Part shown: piece after piece, positions 15,001-30,000 of the stretch
Numbering within the stretch: the first letter of the stretch is position 1
Layout of the letters: each line of letters begins with the position of its first letter
NCBI GenBank assembly: GCA_964247055.1
Contig: OZ176056.1
Location: forward strand, 186,001-250,000
DNA: 64,000 bases
DNA from: Paragordius varius
Taxonomy: Eukaryota > Animalia > Nematomorpha
Reading direction: 5' to 3'
The notes under the pieces: generated by a model
Told to the model about the DNA's origin: nothing
Database searches by the model: none
The model's input: the letters and a program-made list of their open reading frames with translations, nothing else
Program-made: the position numbers and the translations under genes

Positions 15001-18000
15001 AAAATAAAAATGGCTACCTAAATATCCTAATTTGATCAGGTGATGTCACCATAATTTTTTTTGGGTAGCCCTATGGTAGTTCCATCATCACCCCAAATAT
15101 TGTCGAGATCGGAGTATAAATGTAATTTTTTTGAATTTTTTAAATATTTAAAAAATTTATTTTATACGATTTTAAAAATAAAAATGGCTACCTAAAATCC
15201 AAATTTGATCAGGTGATGTCACCATAATTTTTTTGCGTAGCCCTATGGTAGTTCCATCATCACCCCAAATATTTTGGGGATCGGACTATAAATGTAATTT
15301 TTATGAATTTTTTAAATATTTAAAAAATTTATTTTATACGATTTTAAAAATAAAAATGGCTACCTAAAATCCAAATTTGATCAGGTGATGTCGCCATAAT
15401 TTTTTTGGGTAGCCCTATGGTAGTTCCATCATCACCCCAAATATTTTGGGGATCGGACTATAAATGTAATTTTTTTGAATTTTTTAAATATTTAAAAAAT
15501 TTATTTTATACGATTTTAAAAATAAAAATGGCTACCTAAAATCCAAATTTGATCAGGTGATGTCACCATAATTTTTTTTGCGTAGCCCTATGGTAGTTCC
15601 ATCATCACCCCAAATATTTTAGGGATCGGACTATAAATGTAATTTTTATGAATTTTTTAAATATTTAAAAAATTTATTTTATACGATTTTAAAAATAAAA
15701 ATGGCTACCTAAAATCCAAATTTGATCAGGTGATGTCGCCATAATTTTTTTGGGTAGCCCTATGGTAGTTCCATCATCACCCCAAATATTTTGGGGATCG
15801 GACTATAAATGTAATTTTTATGAATTTTTTAAATATTTAAAAAATTTATTTTATACGATTTTAAAAATAAAAATGGCTACCTAAAATCCAAATTTGATCA
15901 GGTGATGTCGCCATAATTTTTTTGGGTAGCCCTATGGTAGTTCCATCATCACCCCAAATATTTTGGGGATCGGACTATAAATGTAATTTTTTTGAATTTT
16001 TTAAATATTTAAAAAATTTATTTTATACGATTTTAAAAATAAAAATGGCTACCTAAAATCCAAATTTGATCAGGTGATGTCACCATAATTTTTTTTGCGT
16101 AGCCCTATGGTAGTTCCATCATCACCCCAAATATTTTAGGGATCGGACTATAAATGTAATTTTTATGAATTTTTTAAATATTTAAAAAATTTATTTTATA
16201 CGATTTTAAAAATAAAAATGGCTACCTAAAATCCAAATTTGATCAGGTGATGTCGCCATAATTTTTTTGGGTAGCCCTATGGTAGTTCCATCATCACCCC
16301 AAATATTTTGGGGATCGGACTATAAATGTAATTTTTATGAATTTTTTAAATATTTAAAAAATTTATTTTATACGATTTTAAAAATAAAAATGGCTACCTA
16401 AAATCCAAATTTGATCAGGTGATGTCGCCATAATTTTTTTGGGTAGCCCTATGGTAGTTCCATCATCACCCCAAATATTTTCGAGATCGGAGTATAAATG
16501 TAATTTTTATGAATTTTTTAAATATTTAAAAAATTTATTTTATACGATTTTAAAAATAAAAATGGCTACCTAAAATCCAAATTTGATCAGGTGATGTCGC
16601 CATAATTTTTTTTGGGTAGCCCTATGGTAGTTCCATCATCACCCCAAATATTTTCGAGATCGGAGTATAAATGTAATTTTTATGAATTTTTTAAATATTT
16701 AAAAAATTTATTTTATACGATTTTAAAAATAAAAATGGCTACCTAAATATCCTAATTTGATCAGGTGATGTCACCATAATTTTTTTTGGGTAGCCCTATG
16801 GTAGTTCCATCATCACCCCAAATATTTTCGAGATCGGAGTATAAATGTAATTTTTATGAATTTTTTAAATATTTAAAAAATTTATTTTATACGATTTTAA
16901 AAATAAAAATGGCTACCTAAAATCCAAATTTGATCAGGTGATGTCGCCATAATTTTTTTTGGGTAGCCCTATGGTAGTTCCATCATCACCCCAAATATTT
17001 TCGAGATCGGAGTATAAATGTAATTTTTATGAATTTTTTAAATATTTAAAAAATTTATTTTATACGATTTTAAAAATAAAAATGGCTACCTAAATATCCT
17101 AATTTGATCAGGTGATGTCACCATAATTTTTTTTGGGTAGCCCTATGGTAGTTCCATCATCACCCCAAATATTTTCGAGATCGGAGTATAAATGTAATTT
17201 TTATGAATTTTTTAAATATTTAAAAAATTTATTTTATACGATTTTAAAAATAAAAATGGCTACCTAAAATCCAAATTGATCAGGTGATGTCACTATAATT
17301 TTTTTTGGGTAGCCCTATGGTAGTTCCATCATCACCCCAAATATTTTCGAGATCGGAGTATAAATGTAATTTTTATGAATTTTTTAAATATTTAAAAAAT
17401 TTATTTTATACGATTTTAAAAATAAAAATGGCTACCTAAATATCCTAATTTGATCAGGTGATGTCACCATAATTTTTTTTGGGTAGCCCTATGGTAGTTC
17501 CATCATCACCCCAAATATTTTCGAGATCGGAGTATAAATGTAATTTTTATGAATTTTTTAAATATTTAAAAAATTTATTTTATACGATTTTAAAAATAAA
17601 AATGGCTACCTAAAATCCAAATTGATCAGGTGATGTCACTATAATTTTTTTTGGGTAGCCCTATGGTAGTTCCATCATCACCCCAAATATTTTGGGGATC
17701 GGACTATAAATGTAATTTTTATGAATTTTTTAAATATTTAAAAAATTTATTTTATACGATTTTAAAAATAAAAATGGCTACCTAAAATCCAAATTTGATC
17801 AGGTGATGTCACCATAATTTTTTTGGGTAGCCCTATGGTAGTTCCATCATCACCCCAAATATTTTCGAGATCGGAGTATAAATGTAATTTTTATGAATTT
17901 TTTAAATATTTAAAAAATTTATTTTATACGATTTTAAAAATAAAAATGGCTACCTAAAATCCAAATTTGATCAGGTGATGTCACCATAATTTTTTTTGGG

Positions 18001-21000
18001 TAGCCCTATGGTAGTTCCATCATCACCCCAAATATAGTCGAGATCGGAGTATAAATGTAATTTTTTTGAATTTTTTAAATATTTAAAAAATTTATTTTAT
18101 ACGATTTTAAAAATAAAAATGGCTACCTAAAATCCAAATTTGATCAGGTGATGTCACCATAATTTTTTTGGGTAGCCCTATGGTAGTTCCATCATCACCC
18201 CAAATATTTTCGAGATCGGAGTATAAATGTAATTTTTATGAATTTTTTAAATATTTAAAAAATTTATTTTATACGATTTTAAAAATAAAAATCGCTACCT
18301 AAAATCCAAATTTGATCAGGTGATGTCACCATAATTTTTTTTGGGTAGCCCTATGGTAGTTCCATCATCACCCCAAATATAGTCGAGATCGGAGTATAAA
18401 TGTAATTTTTTTGAATTTTTTAAATATTTAAAAAATTTATTTTATACGATTTTAAAAATAAAAATGGCTACCTAAAATCCAAATTTGATCAGGTGATGTC
18501 ACCATAATTTTTTTGGGTAGCCCTATGGTAGTTCCATCATCACCCCAAATATTTTCGAGATCGGAGTATAAATGTAATTTTTATGAATTTTTTAAATATT
18601 TAAAAAATTTATTTTATACAATTTAAAAATAAAAATGGCTACCTAAAATCCAAATTTGATCAGGTGATGTCACCATAATTTTTTTTGGGTAGCCCTATGG
18701 TAGTTCCATCATCACCCCAAATATTTTCGAGATCGGAATATGTAATTTTTATGAATTTTTTAAATATTTAAAAAATTTATTTTATACGATTTTAAAAATA
18801 AAAATGGCTACCTAAATATCCTAATTTGATCAGGTGATGTCACCATAATTTTTTTTGGGTAGCCCTATGGTAGTTCCATCATCACCCCAAATATTTTCGA
18901 GATCGGAGTATAAATGTAATTTTTATGAATTTTTTAAATATTTAAAAAATTTATTTTATACGATTTTAAAAATAAAAATGGCTACCTAAAATCCAAATTG
19001 ATCAGGTGATGTCACTATAATTTTTTTTGGGTAGCCCTATGGTAGTTCCATCATCACCCCAAATATTTTCGAGATCGGAATATGTAATTTTTATGAATTT
19101 TTTAAATATTTAAAAAATTTATTTTATACGATTTTAAAAATAAAAATGGCTACCTAAATATCCTAATTTGATCAGGTGATGTCACCATAATTTTTTTTGG
19201 GTAGCCCTATGGTAGTTCCATCATCACCCCAAATATTTTCGAGATCGGAGTATAAATGTAATTTTTATGAATTTTTTAAATATTTAAAAAATTTATTTTA
19301 TACGATTTTAAAAATAAAAATGGCTACCTAAAATCCAAATTGATCAGGTGATGTCACTATAATTTTTTTTGGGTAGCCCTATGGTAGTTCCATCATCACC
19401 CCAAATATTTTCGAGATCGGAGTATAAATGTAATTTTTATGAATTTTTTAAATATTTAAAAAATTTATTTTATACGATTTTAAAATAGAAATGGCTACCT
19501 AAAATCCAAATTTGATCAGGTGATGTCACCATAATTTTTTTTGGGTAGCCCTATGGTAGTTCCATCATCACCCCAAATATTGTCGAGATCGGAGTATAAA
19601 TGTAATTTTTTTGAATTTTTTAAATATTTAAAAAATTTATTTTATACGATTTTAAAAATAAAAATGGCTACCTAAAATCCAAATTTGATCAGGTGATGTC
19701 GCCATAATTTTTTTTGGGTAGCCCTATGGTAGTTCCATCATAACCCCAAATATTTTTGAGATCGGAATATGTAATTTTTATGAATTTTTTAAATATTTAA
19801 AAAATTTATTTTATACGATTTTAAAAATAAAAATGGCTACCTAAATATCCTAATTTGATCAGGTGATGTCACCATAATTTTTTTTGGGTAGCCCTATGGT
19901 AGTTCCATCATCACCCCAAATATTTTCGAGATCGGAGTATAAATGTAATTTTTATGAATTTTTTAAATATTTAAAAAATTTATTTTATACGATTTTAAAA
20001 ATAAAAATGGCTACCTAAAATCCAAATTGATCAGGTGATGTCACTATAATTTTTTTTGGGTAGCCCTATGGTAGTTCCATCATCACCCCAAATATTTTCG
20101 AGATCGGAGTATAAATGTAATTTTTATGAATTTTTTAAATATTTAAAAAATTTATTTTATACGATTTTAAAATAGAAATGGCTACCTAAAATCCAAATTT
20201 GATCAGGTGATGTCACCATAATTTTTTTTGGGTAGCCCTATGGTAGTTCCATCATCACCCCAAATATTGTCGAGATCGGAGTATAAATGTAATTTTTTTC
20301 AATTTTTTAAATATTTAAAAAATTTATTTTATACGATTTTAAAAATAAAAATGGCTACCTAAAATCCAAATTTGATCAGGTGATGTCGCCATAATTTTTT
20401 TTGGGTAGCCCTATGGTAGTTCCATCATAACCCCAAATATTTTTGAGATCGGAATATGTAATTTTTATGAATTTTTTAAATATTTAAAAAATTTATTTTA
20501 TACGATTTTAAAAATAAAAATGGCTACCTAAATATCCTAATTTGATCAGGTGATGTCACCATAATTTTTTTTGGGTAGCCCTATGGTAGTTCCATCATCA
20601 CCCCAAATATTTTCGAGATCGGAGTATAAATGTAATTTTTATGAATTTTTTAAATATTTAAAAAATTTATTTTATACGATTTTAAAAATAAAAATGGCTA
20701 CCTAAAATCCAAATTGATCAGGTGATGTCACTATAATTTTTTTTGGGTAGCCCTATGGTAGTTCCATCATCACCCCAAATATTTTCGAGATCGGAATATG
20801 TAATTTTTATGAATTTTTTAAATATTTAAAAAATTTATTTTATACGATTTTAAAAATAAAAATGGCTACCTAAATATCCTAATTTGATCAGGTGATGTCA
20901 CCATAATTTTTTTTGGGTAGCCCTATGGTAGTTCCATCATCACCCCAAATATTTTCGAGATCGGAGTATAAATGTAATTTTTATGAATTTTTTAAATATT

Positions 21001-24000
21001 TAAAAAATTTATTTTATACGATTTTAAAAATAAAAATGGCTACCTAAAATCCAAATTGATCAGGTGATGTCACTATAATTTTTTTTGGGTAGCCCTATGG
21101 TAGTTCCATCATCACCCCAAATATTTTCGAGATCGGAGTATAAATGTAATTTTTATGAATTTTTTAAATATTTAAAAAATTTATTTTATACGATTTTAAA
21201 ATAGAAATGGCTACCTAAAATCCAAATTTGATCAGGTGATGTCACCATAATTTTTTTTGGGTAGCCCTATGGTAGTTCCATCATCACCCCAAATATTGTC
21301 GAGATCGGAGTATAAATGTAATTTTTTTGAATTTTTTAAATATTTAAAAAATTTATTTTATACGATTTTAAAAATAAAAATGGCTACCTAAAATCCAAAT
21401 TTGATCAGGTGATGTCGCCATAATTTTTTTTGGGTAGCCCTATGGTAGTTCCATCATAACCCCAAATATTTTTGAGATCGGACTTTAAATGTAATTTTTA
21501 TGAATTTTTTAAATATTTAAAAAATTTATTTTATACGATTTTAAAAATAAAAATGGCTACCTAAAATCCAAATTTGATCAGGTGATGTCACCATAATTTA
21601 TTTTGGGTAGCCCTATGGTAGTTCCATCATCACCTTAAATATTTTCGAGATCGGAGCATAAATGTAATTTTTATGAATTTTTTAAATATTTAAAAAATTT
21701 ATTTTATACGATTTTAAAAATAAAAATGGCTACCTAAAATCCAAATTTGATCAGGTGATGTCGCCATAGTTTTTTTTGGGTAGCCCTATGGTAGTTCCAT
21801 CATCACCCCAAATATTTTCGAGATCGGAGTATAAATGTAATTTTTATGAATTTTTTAAATATTTAAAAAATTTATTTTATACGATTTTAAAAATAAAAAT
21901 GGCTACCTAAAATCCAAATTTGATCAGGTGATGTCACCATAATTTTTTTTGGGTAGCCCTATGGTAGTTCCATCATCACCCCAAATATAGTCGAGATCGG
22001 AGTATAAATGTAATTTTTTTGAATTTTTTAAATATTTAAAAAATTTATTTTATACGATTTTAAAAATAAAAATGGCTACCTAAAATCCAAATTTGATCAG
22101 GTGATGTCACCATAATTTTTTTGGGTAGCCCTATGGTAGTTCCATCATCACCCCAAATATTTTCGAGATCGGAGTATAAATGTAATTTTTATGAATTTTT
22201 TAAATATTTAAAAAATTTATTTTATACGATTTTAAAAATAAAAATGGCTACCTAAAATCCAAATTTGATCAGGTGATGTCACCATAATTTTTTTGGGTAG
22301 CCCTATGGTAGTTCCATCATCACCCCAAATATTGTCGAGATCGGAGTATAAATGTAATTTTTTTGAATTTTTTAAATATTTAAAAAATTTATTTTATACG
22401 ATTTTAAAAATAAAAATGGCTACCTAAAATCCAAATTTGATCAGGTGATGTCGCCATAATTTTTTTTGGGTAGCCCTATGGTAGTTCCATCATAACCCCA
22501 AATATTTTTGAGATCGGACTTTAAATGTAATTTTTATGAATTTTTTAAATATTTAAAAAATTTATTTTATACGATTTTAAAAATAAAAATGGCTACCTAA
22601 AATCCAAATTTGATCAGGTGATGTCACCATAATTTATTTTGGGTAGCCCTATGGTAGTTCCATCATCACCTTAAATATTTTCGAGATCGGAGCATAAATG
22701 TAATTTTTATGAATTTTTTAAATATTTAAAAAATTTATTTTATACGATTTTAAAAATAAAAATGGCTACCTAAAATCCAAATTTGATCAGGTGATGTCGC
22801 CATAGTTTTTTTTGGGTAGCCCTATGGTAGTTCCATCATCACCCCAAATATTTTCGAGATCGGAGTATAAATGTAATTTTTATGAATTTTTTAAATATTT
22901 AAAAAATTTATTTTATACGATTTTAAAAATAAAAATGGCTACCTAAAATCCAAATTTGATCAGGTGATGTCACCATAATTTTTTTTGGGTAGCCCTATGG
23001 TAGTTCCATCATCACCCCAAATATAGTCGAGATCGGAGTATAAATGTAATTTTTTTGAATTTTTTAAATATTTAAAAAATTTATTTTATACGATTTTAAA
23101 AATAAAAATGGCTACCTAAAATCCAAATTTGATCAGGTGATGTCACCATAATTTTTTTGGGTAGCCCTATGGTAGTTCCATCATCACCCCAAATATTTTC
23201 GAGATCGGAGTATAAATGTAATTTTTATGAATTTTTTAAATATTTAAAAAATTTATTTTATACGATTTTAAAAATAAAAATGGCTACCTAAAATCCAAAT
23301 TTGATCAGGTGATGTCACCATAATTTTTTTTGGGTAGCCCTATGGTAGTTCCATCATCACCCCAAATATAGTCGAGATCGGAGTATAAATGTAATTTTTT
23401 TGAATTTTTTAAATATTTAAAAAATTTATTTTATACGATTTTAAAAATAAAAATGGCTACCTAAAATCCAAATTTGATCAGGTGATGTCACCATAATTTT
23501 TTTGGGTAGCCCTATGGTAGTTCCATCATCACCCCAAATATTTTCGAGATCGGAGTATAAATGTAATTTTTATGAATTTTTTAAATATTTAAAAAATTTA
23601 TTTTATACGATTTTAAAAATAAAAATGGCTACCTAAAATCCAAATTTGATCAGGTGATGTCACCATAATTTTTTTTGGGTAGCCCTATGGTAGTTCCATC
23701 ATCACCCCAAATATTTTCGAGATCGGAGTATAAATGTAATTTTTATGAATTTTTTAAATATTTAAAAAATTTATTTTATACGATTTTAAAAATAAAAATG
23801 GCTACCTAAAATCCAAATTTGATCAGGTGATGTCACCATAATTTTTTTTGGGTAGCCCTATGGTAGTTCCATCATCACCCCAATAGTCGAGATCGGAGTA
23901 TAAATGTAATTTTTTTGAATTTTTTAAATATTTAAAAAATTTATTTTATACGATTTTAAAAATAAAAATGGCTACCTAAAATCCAAATTTGATCAGGTGA

Positions 24001-27000
24001 TGTCACCATAATTTTTTTGGGTAGCCCTATGGTAGTTCCATCATCACCCCAAATATTTTCGAGATCGGAGTATAAATGTAATTTTTATGAATTTTTTAAA
24101 TATTTAAAAAATTTATTTTATACGATTTTAAAAATAAAAATGGCTACCTAAAATCCAAATTTGATCAGGTGATGTCACCATATTTTTTTTGGGTAGCCCT
24201 ATGGTAGTTCCATCATCACCCCAAATATTTTGGGGATCGGACTATAAATGTAATTTTTATGAATTTTTTAAATATTTAAAAAATTTATTTTATACGATTT
24301 TAAAAATAAAAATGGCTACCTAAAATCCAAATTTGATCAGGTGATGCCATAATTTATTTTGGGTAGCCCTATGGTAGTTCCATCATCACCTTAAATATGT
24401 TCGAGATCGGAGTATAAATGTAATTTTTATGAATTTTTTAAATATTTAAAAAATTTATTTTATACGATTTTAAAAATAAAAATGGCTACCTAAAATCCAA
24501 ATTTGATCAGGTGATGTCACCATAATTTTTTTTGGGTAGCCCTATGGTAGTTCCATCATCACCCCAAATATTTTCGAGATCGGAATATGTAATTTTTATG
24601 AATTTTTTAAATATTTAAAAAATTTATTTTATACGATTTTAAAAATAAAAATGGCTACCTAAAATCCAAATTTGATCAGGTGATGTCACCATATTTTTTT
24701 TGGGTAGCCCTATGGTAGTTCCATCATCACCCCAAATATTTTGGGGATCGGACTATAAATGTAATTTTTATGAATTTTTTAAATATTTAAAAAATTTAAT
24801 TTATACGATTTTAAAAATAAAAATGGCTACCTAAAATCCAAATTTGATCAGGTGATGTCACCATAATTTTTTTTGGGTAGCCCTATGGTAGTTCCATCAT
24901 CACCCCAAATATTTTCGAGATCGGAATATGTAATTTTTATGAATTTTTTAAATATTTAAAAAATTTATTTTATACGATTTTAAAAATAAAAATGGCTACC
25001 TAAAATCCAAATTTGATCAGGTGATGTCGCCATAATTTTTTTTGCGTAGCCCTATGGTAGTTCCATCATCACCCCAAATATTGTCGAGATCGGAGTATAA
25101 ATGTAATTTTTTTGAATTTTTTAAATATTTAAAAAATTTATTTTATACGATTTTAAAAATAAAAATGGCTACCTAAAATCCAAATTTGATCAGGTGATGT
25201 CGCCATAATTTTTTTTGGGTAGCCCTATGGTAGTTCCATCATAACCCCAAATATTTTTGAGATCGGACTTTAAATGTAATTTTTATGAATTTTTTAAATA
25301 TTTAAAAAATTTATTTTATACGATTTTAAAAATAAAAATGGCTACCTAAAATCCAAATTTGATCAGGTGATGTCACCATATTTTTTTTGGGTAGCCCTAT
25401 GGTAGTTCCATCATCACCCCAAATATTTTCGAGATCGGAGTATAAATGTAATTTTTATGAATTTTTTAAATATTTAAAAAATTTATTTTATACGATTTTA
25501 AAAATAAAAATGGCTACCTAAAATCCAAATTTGATCAGGTGATGTCACCATAATTTTTTTTGGGTAGCCCTATGGTAGTTCCATCATCACCCCAAATATA
25601 GTCGAGATCGGAGTATAAATGTAATTTTTTTGAATTTTTTAAATATTTAAAAAATTTATTTTATACGATTTTAAAAATAAAAATGGCTACCTAAAATCCA
25701 AATTTGATCAGGTGATGTCACCATAATTTTTTTGGGTAGCCCTATGGTAGTTCCATCATCACCCCAAATATTTTCGAGATCGGAGTATAAATGTAATTTT
25801 TATGAATTTTTTAAATATTTAAAAAATTTATTTTATACGATTTTAAAAATAAAAATGGCTACCTAAAATCCAAATTTGATCAGGTGATGTCACCATAATT
25901 TTTTTTGGGTAGCCCTATGGTAGTTCCATCATCACCCCAAATATTTTCGAGATCGGAGTATAAATGTAATTTTTATGAATTTTTTAAATATTTAAAAAAT
26001 TTATTTTATACGATTTTAAAAATAAAAATGGCTACCTAAAATCCAAATTTGATCAGGTGATGTCACCATAATTTTTTTTGGGTAGCCCTATGGTAGTTCC
26101 ATCATCACCCCAATAGTCGAGATCGGAGTATAAATGTAATTTTTTTGAATTTTTTAAATATTTAAAAAATTTATTTTATACGATTTTAAAAATAAAAATG
26201 GCTACCTAAAATCCAAATTTGATCAGGTGATGTCACCATAATTTTTTTGGGTAGCCCTATGGTAGTTCCATCATCACCCCAAATATTTTCGAGATCGGAG
26301 TATAAATGTAATTTTTATGAATTTTTTAAATATTTAAAAAATTTATTTTATACGATTTTAAAAATAAAAATGGCTACCTAAAAACTAAATTTGATCAGGT
26401 GATGTCACCATATTTTTTTTGGGTAGCCCTATGGTAGTTCCATCATCACCCCAAATATTTTGGGGATCGGACTATAAATGTAATTTTTATGAATTTTTTA
26501 AATATTTAAAAAATTTATTTTATACGATTTTAAAAATAAAAATGGCTACCTAAAATCCAAATTTGATCAGGTGATGCCATAATTTATTTTGGGTAGCCCT
26601 ATGGTAGTTCCATCATCACCTTAAATATTTTCGAGATCGGAGTATAAATGTAATTTTTATGAATTTTTTAAATATTTAAAAAATTTATTTTATACGATTT
26701 TAAAAATAAAAATGGCTACCTAAAATCCAAATTTGATCTGGTGATGTCACCATAATTTTTTTTGGGTAGCCCTATGGTAGTTCCATCATCACCCCAAATA
26801 TTTTCGAGATCGGAATATGTAATTTTTATGAATTTTTTAAATATTTAAAAAATTTATTTTATACGATTTTAAAAATAAAAATGGCTACCTAAAATCCAAA
26901 TTTGATCAGGTGATGTCACCATAATTTATTTTGGGTAGCCCTATGGTAGTTCCATCATCACCCCAAATATTGTCGAGATCGGAGCATAAATGTAATTTTT

Positions 27001-30000
27001 ATGAATTTTTTAAATATTTAAAAAATTTATTTTATACGATTTTAAAAATAAAAATGGCTACCTAAAATCCAAATTTGATCAGGTGATGTCGCCATAATTT
27101 TTTTTGCGTAGCCCTATGGTAGTTCCATCATAACCCCAAATATTTTTGAGATCGGACTTTAAATGTAATTTTTATGAATTTTTTAAATATTTAAAAAATT
27201 TATTTTATACGATTTTAAAAATAAAAATGGCTACCTAAAATCCAAATTTGATCAGGTGATGTCACCATAATTTATTTTGGGTAGCCCTATGGTAGTTCCA
27301 TCATCACCTTAAATATTTTCGAGATCGGAGCATAAATGTAATTTTTATGAATTTTTTAAATATTTAAAAAATTTATTTTATACGATTTTAAAAATAAAAA
27401 TGGCTACCTAAAATCCAAATTTGATCAGGTGATGTCGCCATAGTTTTTTTTGGGTAGCCCTATGGTAGTTCCATCATCACCCCAAATATTTTCGAGATCG
27501 GAGTATAAATGTAATTTTTATGAATTTTTTAAATATTTAAAAAATTTATTTTATACGATTTTAAAAATAAAAATGGCTACCTAAAATCCAAATTTGATCA
27601 GGTGATGTCACCATAATTTTTTTTGGGTAGCCCTATGGTAGTTCCATCATCACCCCAAATATAGTCGAGATCGGAGTATAAATGTAATTTTTTTGAATTT
27701 TTTAAATATTTAAAAAATTTATTTTATACGATTTTAAAAATAAAAATGGCTACCTAAAATCCAAATTTGATCAGGTGATGTCACCATAATTTTTTTGGGT
27801 AGCCCTATGGTAGTTCCATCATCACCCCAAATATTTTCGAGATCGGAGTATAAATGTAATTTTTATGAATTTTTTAAATATTTAAAAAATTTATTTTATA
27901 CGATTTTAAAAATAAAAATGGCTACCTAAAATCCAAATTTGATCAGGTGATGTCACCATAATTTTTTTTGGGTAGCCCTATGGTAGTTCCATCATCACCC
28001 CAAATATTTTCGAGATCGGAGTATAAATGTAATTTTTATGAATTTTTTAAATATTTAAAAAATTTATTTTATACGATTTTAAAAATAAAAATGGCTACCT
28101 AAAATCCAAATTTGATCAGGTGATGTCACCATAATTTTTTTTGGGTAGCCCTATGGTAGTTCCATCATCACCCCAATAGTCGAGATCGGAGTATAAATGT
28201 AATTTTTTTGAATTTTTTAAATATTTAAAAAATTTATTTTATACGATTTTAAAAATAAAAATGGCTACCTAAAATCCAAATTTGATCAGGTGATGTCACC
28301 ATAATTTTTTTGGGTAGCCCTATGGTAGTTCCATCATCACCCCAAATATTTTCGAGATCGGAGTATAAATGTAATTTTTATGAATTTTTTAAATATTTAA
28401 AAAATTTATTTTATACGATTTTAAAAATAAAAATGGCTACCTAAAATCCAAATTTGATCAGGTGATGTCACCATATTTTTTTTGGGTAGCCCTATGGTAG
28501 TTCCATCATCACCCCAAATATTTTGGGGATCGGACTATAAATGTAATTTTTATGAATTTTTTAAATATTTAAAAAATTTATTTTATACGATTTTAAAAAT
28601 AAAAATGGCTACCTAAAATCCAAATTTGATCAGGTGATGCCATAATTTATTTTGGGTAGCCCTATGGTAGTTCCATCATCACCTTAAATATTTTCGAGAT
28701 CGGAGTATAAATGTAATTTTTATGAATTTTTTAAATATTTAAAAAATTTATTTTATACGATTTTAAAAATAAAAATGGCTATCTAAAATCCAAATTTGAT
28801 CAGGTGATGTCACGATAATTTTTTTTGGGTAGCCCTATGGTAGTTCCATCATCACCCCAAATATTTTCGAGATCGGAATATGTAATTTTTATGAATTTTT
28901 TAAATATTTAAAAAATTTATTTTATACGATTTTAAAAATAAAAATGGCTACCTAAAATCCAAATTTGATCAGGTGATGTCACCATATTTTTTTTGGGTAG
29001 CCCTATGGTAGTTCCATCATCACCCCAAATATTTTGGGGATCGGACTATAAATGTAATTTTTATGAATTTTTTAAATATTTAAAAAATTTATTTTATACG
29101 ATTTTAAAAATAAAAATGGCTACCTAAAATCCAAATTTGATCAGGTGATGTCACCATAATTTTTTTTGGGTAGCCCTATGGTAGTTCCATCATCACCCCA
29201 AATATTTTCGAGATCGGAATATGTAATTTTTATGAATTTTTTAAATATTTAAAAAATTTATTTTATACGATTTTAAAAATAAAAATGGCTACCTAAAATC
29301 CAAATTTGATCAGGTGATGTCGCCATAGTTTTTTTTGGGTAGCCCTATAATAGTTCCATCATCACCCCAAATATTTTGGGGATCGGACTATAAATGTAAT
29401 TTTTATGAATTTTTTAAATATTTAAAAAATTTATTTTATACGATTTTAAAAATAAAAATGGCTACCTAAAATCCAAATTTGATCAGGTGATGCCATAATT
29501 TATTTTGGGTAGCCCTATGGTAGTTCCATCATCACCTTAAATATTTTCGAGATCGGAGTATAAATGTAATTTTTATGAATTTTTTAAATATTTAAAAAAT
29601 TTATTTTATACGATTTTAAAAATAAAAATGGCTACCTAAAATCCAAATTTGATCAGGTGATGTCACCATAATTTTTTTTGGGTAGCCCTATGGTAGTTCC
29701 ATCATCACCCCAAATATTTTCGAGATCGGAATATGTAATTTTTATGAATTTTTTAAATATTTAAAAAATTTATTTTATACGATTTTAAAAATAAAAATGG
29801 CTACCTAAAATCCAAATTTGATCAGGTGATGTCACCATATTTTTTTTGGGTAGCCCTATGGTAGTTCCATCATCACCCCAAATATTTTGGGGATCGGACT
29901 ATAAATGTAATTTTTATGAATTTTTTAAATATTTAAAAAATTTATTTTATACGATTTTAAAAATAAAAATGGCTACCTAAAATCCAAATTTGATCAGGTG

